Assembly (NCBI RefSeq): GCF_009914755.1 | Contig: NC_060938.1 | Source: the human T2T-CHM13v2.0 reference genome, Homo sapiens | Length of the DNA: 64,000 nucleotides | Direction: 5' to 3' (one strand) | Shown here: one piece after another, positions 55,514 to 64,000 of the stretch | How the letters are laid out: each line of letters begins with the position of its first letter | How positions within the stretch are numbered: position 1 is the first letter of the stretch | Made by a program: the position numbers and the translations under genes | Notes under the pieces: model-generated | The model's input: only the letters and a program-made list of their open reading frames with translations | What the model was told of the DNA's origin: nothing | Database searches by the model: none

Positions 55514-56248
55514 TGAGAGGCTAAGAAGTTTAGATTTAATCCTAGAGGCAAAAGGAAGCACTGAAGGTGTGGCAGGGTCATTTCCTGAAATATGAATTTG
55601 TAAGGCCCCCAATGTTAATAAAGACACAAAATGTTTCAGATTACATCTCAAAGGAAGTATGCAAAATGCATACGAAGAAAACCTTAAAAGGCTCCTGAGG
55701 CAGGCACAAGAAAATCTGGACAAATGGAAAGGCATGCTGAGGTCTTGAATAAAAAACTCAACATCATCAAGATATCAATTTACCCTAAATCAATATATAT
55801 TTAATAGTGTTTTAAATATATTTAAATTATACAATTTGAATTTGTGGGAAAAAAGACAAATGATTAAAAACTTCATTGAAAAAACATGCAACCACAAATA
55901 GGAATATTCCAAAAAATAAGAGTAATAAAGGGCTACCAACCTTTCCAGATGTTTTGTCTATCAAAGAATAGTGTAAACTTATAGTAAAACTGTGTTGTAC
56001 TAGCATATGAAAAGATGGATATACCAATGGGACAGAAATAGTCCCAGTACATACAGGCATTTAATGGCTGATACAGGTGGCATTTCTAATAGGAAGGGGA
56101 AAGATGAATTACTCAATAAGGAGTATTGGCAAAACTGGATGGCCAAGCAGGAAAAGTTAGTTACATTCATACCTCATACTCCAGGATAAATTTCATGTGG
56201 GTCAAAAATTGAAATGTAAAAAATGAAACTATAAAAATACCAAAATCA

Positions 56249-56564
<316 letters not shown>

Positions 56565-56684
56565 TCATGGTAAATGCTTTCTACAATGTTAGTGTAGGGA
56601 AGGGCTTTCAAAATATGACACAAAATCCAAAAGCTATAAAATAAAAAATTGAAAGTTCAACTACATTAAAATAATGTTTGTGTT

Positions 56685-56974
56685 GGACCAGGCATTGTGG
56701 CTCACACCTATAATCCCAGAGCTTTGGGAGGCCAAGGTAGGAGGATCACTTGAGGCCAGGAGTTTGAGACTAGCCTGGCAATATAACAAGGTTGCATCTC
56801 TACAAAAAAATTTAAAAATTAGAGGGGTGTGGTGGCATGCACCTGTAATCCTAGCTATTCAGGAGGCTGAGGTAGGAGGATCACTTGAGCTCAGTTTGAG
56901 GCTGTCGTGAGCTATGATTGTGCCACCGCACTCCAGCCTGGGTGAAAGATTGAGACCCACCTCGAAAAAAAAAA
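56685..56974 (+). mobile_element. AluJ
   Basis: Diverged Alu body. Confidence 0.9.
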
Positions 56975-57925
56975 GTTTATATTGGATAAAACACCATAAG
57001 CAAAGTCAAACAAATGAGCAAAAATATATCTAACATACATTATAAAGGGCTAATTTACTTAATATACAAAAAGCACCTACATATTAACAAGGAAAAAGAC
57101 CAGTAATGTGAACAAAGAGTTAACAGAAAAAATTATAAGCATCTCTTAAATGTATAAAAAATTGTACAAGTCACTCATAATAGAAGTCCAAATTAAAAGC
57201 CCACGTGCATGCACACACGCACATGCAAACACACAATCTAATAATGGTCCTTAATTTGTTTGAACAAACTAATCATAAAGACATTTTTAAGACAACTTGG
57301 AAAATCTGAATATCAAGTGTATATTAGGTTATATTTTTAGGGAATTACTGTTAATTTTATTAGGTGTAATAATGGTATCATGGTTAGGTGGAAAATGTTC
57401 ATGTTTTTCAGAGATACATACTAGAGTAATTAGGGGGAAAGTATGATGATCTTTAATTTACTTTAACAATGCTTCAACCCCCAACATAGATCAGCAAATA
57501 TAACAAAATATCAACAATTGTTAAATTTAGGTGATAATGTAATGACCCTATTATACTTTTGTCTCTACTTTTTTACCAGTTTGTAATTTTCCATAATAAA
57601 AGCCAAAAAGTAAAATGAAAGTACACAAACATACTATGTTTCACTTATCAGTTGGGCAAAGATCAAGAAGTCTGATAAAATGCTTGTGTTGGCAAGGATG
57701 TGGGGAAAAAACATTCATGTATTGCTGGAAAGGGTATAACTGGCTCAACCTCTACGAAAGGCAATTTGGCAAGACCCATCAGAATTACAAATGCACATGC
57801 TTTTGGACCCAGTAATTCCACTTCTAGGAATTTATCCTACAGATCTATTCATACACTGGTAAAAAAAAATCATTGCATTTTTAAATTTTAAAATCTTTTG
57901 ATTATTTTTTAATTAAAAAAAATTT

Positions 57926-58100
57926 GAGTAGCTGGGATTACAGGCATGTGCCAACACACCCAGCTAATTTTTGTATTTTTAGTAGAGACAGTGTTTCACA
58001 ATGTTGGCCAGGCTGGTCTCAAACTCCTCACCTCAGGTGATCTGCCTGCCTCGGCCTCCCAAGGTGCTGGGATTACAGGCGTGAGCCAACGCGCCCAGCC
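57926..58100 (-). mobile_element. Partial Alu (left arm and linker)
   Basis: Antisense Alu fragment. Confidence 0.88.
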
Positions 58101-59352
58101 TAAAGAAAATATTAACATGTTTTTATTTTCTTCCTTTTTCCAAGATAGCCTAATTCCTTTCATGTGCTTTCCTGCCTTAGGGATTTTTCACCAGGCCAAA
58201 ATCATAAGCATCTTTAACCACCTGAGCCCATAAGAGAAGTGAAAAGGAGAGAGCAAGGCTGATGGCAGGAGCATTGGCCCCTGGATGCAAAAGGGGAGTG
58301 AGGTCTGTAAGGAGCAAGGAACGCTCTACCTCCTCGACACCCACACAGCTACTTCTGAGGTTCTGCCCTCTGAATACTCCCTATGGGGGTTTAAAGCATA
58401 AATGCCTCCCCACAGGGTCACGGCGCAGTCTCTTTCTTGTGTTACTCCTTCTCCAGGCTTCTCCGTGGCTCCTCCCTCCTCCCTTCTCGGTGAGCAGCAC
58501 ACCAGCTGCCAGCCCCACCCACTGCAGCACCTGCTTCACCTCCTGACGTCACGGGCATCTGGGAAGTTCACCATCAAAAGTCCCTAGTGGGGCTGTTTTA
58601 AAAATAGGAGCTGTCCTTAAACCAAACTGTAAAGTTGAAGTATCTTATCTTTGGAAGCTTCATCTCCCATTTCTGGGTCCACCTATTTATTGCTTCCATG
58701 GCTTTCTATTACATTCCTTGAGGGCTTTGTGCCTCTCCCTCCTTTTCTGTTAAAAAAATTTGCTTTCAACAATAGAAAATAGCAACTTAAATAATCAAAA
58801 ACAAGGGATGATTTAATATTTTGGTATATTAATGAGGATACTATTAAGGTTGTTGAATAAATTTCAATGACAGGAAAGGATATTGTAATGCATTTTGGGG
58901 GAAAATTCAGATTTTCAAACCTATATCCTAATGCTGGGTGTTGTTATAGCTGGATGGTAAGATTGTGGGTAATTTTTTCTTCTTTTTTGCTTTTCTCTGT
59001 TTTCTAAAATATTTGCAGTGGGCATATATTGGTTTTATAATATGAAACAACAGATGTCATAAAGAAAAATAGGATATGAAGTTCATAAACCCTGGGGACT
59101 AATAGATGAAAAGTCAAAAAAGTTTCTTTCTTGAGGAAGTCTGCATTTTCAGTCGCTCACAGCCTTAAGCTACAGGTAAAACTAGGAGGTCAGAAAGATA
59201 AGTAGGAGCCAAGGCACCATGGGAGGCCCATGGACCATGAGCCTTCTGAAAACAATCATTTCATGGTGAGCTCTTTGCAGGTTCACAATTTGGGATTTCT
59301 CTCCTTCTCATGCCAGGAAGCCAAGAGCTTGGGGAACCAGAGTGAGCCATGC

Positions 59353-59677
59353 TTTGTTTTGTTGTTGTTGTTTTCTGTTTGTTTGTTTTTCGAGATGGAG
59401 TCTCCCTCTGTCGCCCAGACCGGAGTGCAGTGGTGCGATCTTGGCTCACTGCAACCTCTGCCTCCTGGGTTCAAGCAATTCTCCTGCCTCAGCCTCCCCA
59501 GGTAGCTGGGACTACAGGCAAGCGCCACCACGCCCAGCTAAATTTTTTTGTATTTTTAGTAGAGATGAGGTTTCACCATGTTGGCCAGGCTGGCCTCAAA
59601 CTCTTGACCTCAGGTGCTCCACCTGCCTTGGCCTCCAAAAGTGCCTGGATTATAGGCGTGAGCCACCATGCCTGGCC
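59353..59677 (-). mobile_element. AluS with (GTT)n/(GTTT)n tail
   Basis: TSD agtgagccat(g/a)cttt. Confidence 0.94.
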
Positions 59678-60353
59678 AAGTGAGCCATACTTTAACTGCC
59701 ATGAACTTGTGATGAACCTCAATGACACAGATGCCAATCCATAATAAAGCCTAGCATGGGGCAGACTCTCAGGGACACATCATAAATGATGATGGCACAA
59801 ATTCTACGGTTTCTGTTTAACCAGTTAGGGAAGGAATTTTCCTTTCAGCCAACTTTCATCACACTGGTTTTGTGAACAGCGATTTCCCCAACCCTTAAGG
59901 ATTTGCGATATAGCTAGGGGTGATTCTAAGATGGAACTTTAGGATGCTTACTACATACCTTAAAATGCAAATGCAAGAATAAAACCCATAAGACTGATTT
60001 TAAAGTGGTCAGAAGCCGGGCATGGTAGTGCATGCCTATAGTCCCAGCTACTTGGGAGGCTGAGCTTGGGGTATAGTAATTCAAAGGGAGACAATATAGC
60101 CATTAAAATAATTTGCATGTTTGCTGACATGAAAAGATATTCATAGCATATTGTTACATGAAAGAGGGTCTAAGATTATATTATAGATAACACTTAATAT
60201 ATACACAGACCTATACAGTCATACATCTATAGACATTAAAGTGTCTATATGAGACTTTAACAAAATCTCTGGTTTCCTTTATCTGTTTTTCTCATATTTT
60301 CTATATTAAATATATATTCTTGTTAATAAAATGTTAAAAAGATATCAAAGTAA

Positions 60354-60657
<304 letters not shown>

Positions 60658-61116
60658 CCTATTGCATTTTTAGATAAAATAGGATCTTTATATATTATTG
60701 CAAAAGAAAACAAGTTATTGTAGACCAGTTTAAATCAAAAAGTTTTTTTTTATTTTTGAAGAAGGCTAGTTTTCATCTGGAGTTTGAAGATGATAATGGT
60801 TTTAGAATGGCAGGGAAGAAAAAGGAGGTCATATTCACAGCCCCTCAGGTGGCAACTGGCAAGGTGTGTATGTGTGTGTGTGCATGTAAGCAGGTTTTGG
60901 GAGTGGGGGTGAGAAGCAGTGAATTTATCCAGAGCAAGGCAGCTGCAGGACAGTCTAGGGAATGTGAACATTATAGTCCAGGTACAGAACAGCCCGGAGG
61001 TTCTTAAGTAAAGCAGCACCTCCCAAAAGTGTGCTGGAAGACAAAGATCCTAAGGGGACAGGGGAGAGGCAGGAGCCAAGAGGCTCAAAGGCTGGTGTTG
61101 GAAGAAAAATGGGAAG

Positions 61117-61152
61117 GGGCATCTCCCATGAAGCGGGCATCTCCCATGAAGC
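61117..61152. repeat. 18-bp tandem duplication gggcatctcccatgaagc x2
   Basis: Seen directly. Confidence 0.95.
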
Positions 61153-61899
61153 GCGAAGGAGCATGTGAGGTAAGAATGAAGAACATTCAATAGGGGCCCG
61201 AGGGCTGCAGCCCAAGCAGCGCTGTGATGACTTTAAAACCCCGGGATCCTAGTCCTGTCTTGGCCACTTCCTGGTATTCTGACCTTCCTCATCTCTAGGG
61301 AGATGACAACAGCTATAAGCTGCCCACTTCACAGAGTGGGTGAAGGGTCATGGAGATGATCTGAACAAAAGCACCTAGAACACGAAGCAGCTGCACCAAT
61401 ATCAGGCATTGTTGTCTTGCATGCAGGTGGTGGCTGCATAGAGAGATTACACTCACTGAGAACATGGGGCTGCAAAAGTCAAGATGGTCCAGGACTTGGC
61501 CTCAGCCTAGGTGATGCCTTTAGTGAACAGAGAGAGTTTCTGGAGAAGCGCCGATTTGCTGAAAAGGATCAGTTCCCTTCCCCAAGCCAGGAACCAAAGC
61601 TACATGGTTCAGGGTAAAGAGGCACATTGTCAACACCACTCCATAGGTGGCTTCTGCTCAAACTGTCAGAGCTAGAAGGGCTTTGGGCGTCATCTAGTTC
61701 AAGCCCCTGGTGTTACAGGTGAGGATAAAGAGGCCCCAAGGAGCAGAAGAGTGACTTGATCGAGGTCCCCTAACGATAGCGGCAGGATGACGGAAGAGTG
61801 ATATTGCCAGGTAGACCATTTTCTCCTCACCTATGGGTAACAAGCTAGCTCAAACAGCGTCTTCTCTTTACCGGACTTCTGCACAGCCTCTCCACAACC

Positions 61900-62490
61900 T
61901 GTTCTCCCTACAGAGGGTGATCCTTAGTAGTCAGAGCGAGCCCTAAAAACCCAAATCTAACCGTGTCATTTCCCTGCTGAAAGTACTTTGATGGGCTGGC
62001 AGCAGCTCCTGCCCTCCACCCTCTACTGAAGGCTCAGCTCCTGTCCTGCAGCCCACAGCTAATGCTCCCTCTCTCGGACCCTTCAACCCTGCCACTGTAT
62101 GGAAAGGCACGCTGAGGTCTTGAATAAAAAACTCAACATCATCAAGATATCAATTTACCCTAAATCAATATATATTCCCTCCTTAAACTCCACAGCCACC
62201 CCTTTTGAGTTTTTCTCTGCTTCCTGCCCAGGACCTTGGCAACACCGGTGGCCTATCAGGCCTGTGAAGTGGCCCCTGCCTGCCCTCCTATCACCACCAC
62301 CAACCCTGCACTCTGACTCAAACATGCTTATCCCCTGAACTGAGAGCTGCAGTTTATGTTACAAACTTTATAGTTCCCAGCAAATCTTCATAGCAAATTT
62401 GTCATAATTTGCTATGCACGTGTGTCTATGCACATAGACACGTGTGGGATTATTTGATCTACCTCTGTCTCACTAGACTGTAAGATTCTC
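61900..62490 (+). mobile_element. L2 fragment (hosts a templated insertion and twin hairpins)
   Basis: L2-like motifs gtcatttccctgctgaaa, cttcatagca, cactagactgtaag. Confidence 0.65.
62099..62176 (+). repeat. 78-bp copy of 55724..55801
   Basis: 1 mismatch, offset 6375 bp. Confidence 0.96.
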
Positions 62491-64000
62491 TGGTTGATCT
62501 ACTTTCCCAAGTCTGAAGGCCAAAGGGTTTGGAGGCAAAATGCTCCCAGAGACTCGGCTGCTACTAGCCTCCTTGTCACTCTGTCTCAGTGACATGTTAT
62601 AAAGGGAAAATGGAAAATTGCTACAGATGCTCTGAAAACACCACCCTTGGCACCTCCTCAGCCAAGAAGCATGTGGGGGACACATGGGGCAGGGAGAATG
62701 GGTGCTGGCTTTTCCTGAGAGCCATAAACACAGACAAGGCCTGGGGTCAGAGCTTGCCCTTGGGAACAAATCCCACAGAAATGTCCCAAAGATGGAGGAG
62801 GCTATTAACGTGGTTCACTCAGACTGCACTGCCCGGGGAGAGAACAGAGTCTTATTATTAACCTCAGTGTATTAATATTTGATAAAGCATCTTCACAATG
62901 ATAGATAGCAGTCACCCATAGAAGGGAAGCAGCCTTGGTTCTGTAAAGAGTTCTGAGAGAGGAAGAATAGCTTTTATCAAGAGTGGTAAGGGGACAATGG
63001 AAGGCATTATGTCCTGGGCAGGGGAAACCTGCCCCGGGCCACACAGTGCAGGGGCATGCTGACATCTCTTGCAGGTTTATCTGCACAGGTAGCTGGCAGG
63101 TTTATCTACACTGTGTCCTGCCTGGGGGCAGGGGGACAATCTCACCATGGCTGACCTCCCAGAGAAAGCTGCTGATCCAATTTTTTTCCCTCTGACATTA
63201 AAATGGTTGCTGACAATGATAGATATTTCTGTGGATAGTATATTTTCCCAATATGTAGTCTCTAAATAAAACCCCATTTTATGTTTTGAAATCTGAGAAG
63301 CAAAAACATTACAAACCTCCCATTAATGACACCACCATCTTTGTTGGTTACGGGTACCTGGAGACAGACATGGGGGGAACATGGACAACTGGTGCCTTGT
63401 TCTCCAGCAGCTGCACCTGAATCTGTCAACTTAACAAAGAAGCTACTGATGCCCGTCCACGGGGGTGAGGCCCTGCTCCCTGAGAAATCACTTGCCCTCT
63501 GGACACAAAGCCCTCCTAGGCAACTGGGGCACCTGAGATCAGCATCCTCCTGTACATAAGGGAAAAGGGGCCTGAGGGAGAGGCCAAACATGTCCTGAGG
63601 ACACTCTCAGGGCCCTTCAGCAGCAGAGTCAGGAAGAGGTCTGTACCACCCTCCCTGGGGAGTTCCTGGCAGCCAAGGAGGTGGGCGGGGAGCAGCAGCA
63701 TCCGAGGAATGTCTGCCAGCCACAGAACTTAACCTCGGGACCTGCATGCAGTGGGTCCTGAAGACAGTTAAGGCTCAGAGTGGCAGCAACTATGTGCTTC
63801 AGAGTGCAGGGACACAGGCTGTAGTGCACCTGCTGTCCCACAGCAGTCTTGGAATTGTCCTCAACCAACCTCACCCCTCAGCCTCATCTCACTTCCAGAA
63901 AGAAGGCTACAAAGAGACAATGCAGGAAGGAAGGTCATCTCTAGCTTGCAGCACCACTTGGATTTGAATGCAAAGGCAAAACCTGAGTGGGCAACACAAT

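Overview
Human genomic DNA covering most of SPTB (erythroid beta-I spectrin, chr14q23) on the minus strand. I traced 30 consecutive coding exons (conventional exons 3-32, about residues 50-2137) by splice sites and reading frame. They run from the calponin-homology actin-binding domain through the spectrin repeats to the erythroid C-terminus (...EPSHPY*) and its poly(A) signal. Exons 1-2 lie beyond the right edge. The muscle/brain PH-domain exons (33-36) are not in the window, so 1-12576 is part of long-isoform intron 32. Introns carry Alu, L1, L2, MIR, an ERV1-type solo LTR, hAT MITEs and simple repeats. Main observations: (1) a consensus-flanked 35-nt microexon candidate with SRRM4/RBFOX-type motifs, plus other short exon candidates, in intron 32; (2) an obligatory GC donor on exon 20 with a competing frameshifting GT 4 nt away; (3) the MIR7855 hairpin ending at the intron 17 acceptor, its seed formed at a tandem-duplication junction; (4) a 305-bp, 99%-identical direct repeat bracketing exons 3-4; (5) a 78-bp templated insertion and twin hairpins inside one L2. 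Exon coordinates were checked base by base; repeat boundaries and subfamilies are by-eye estimates.
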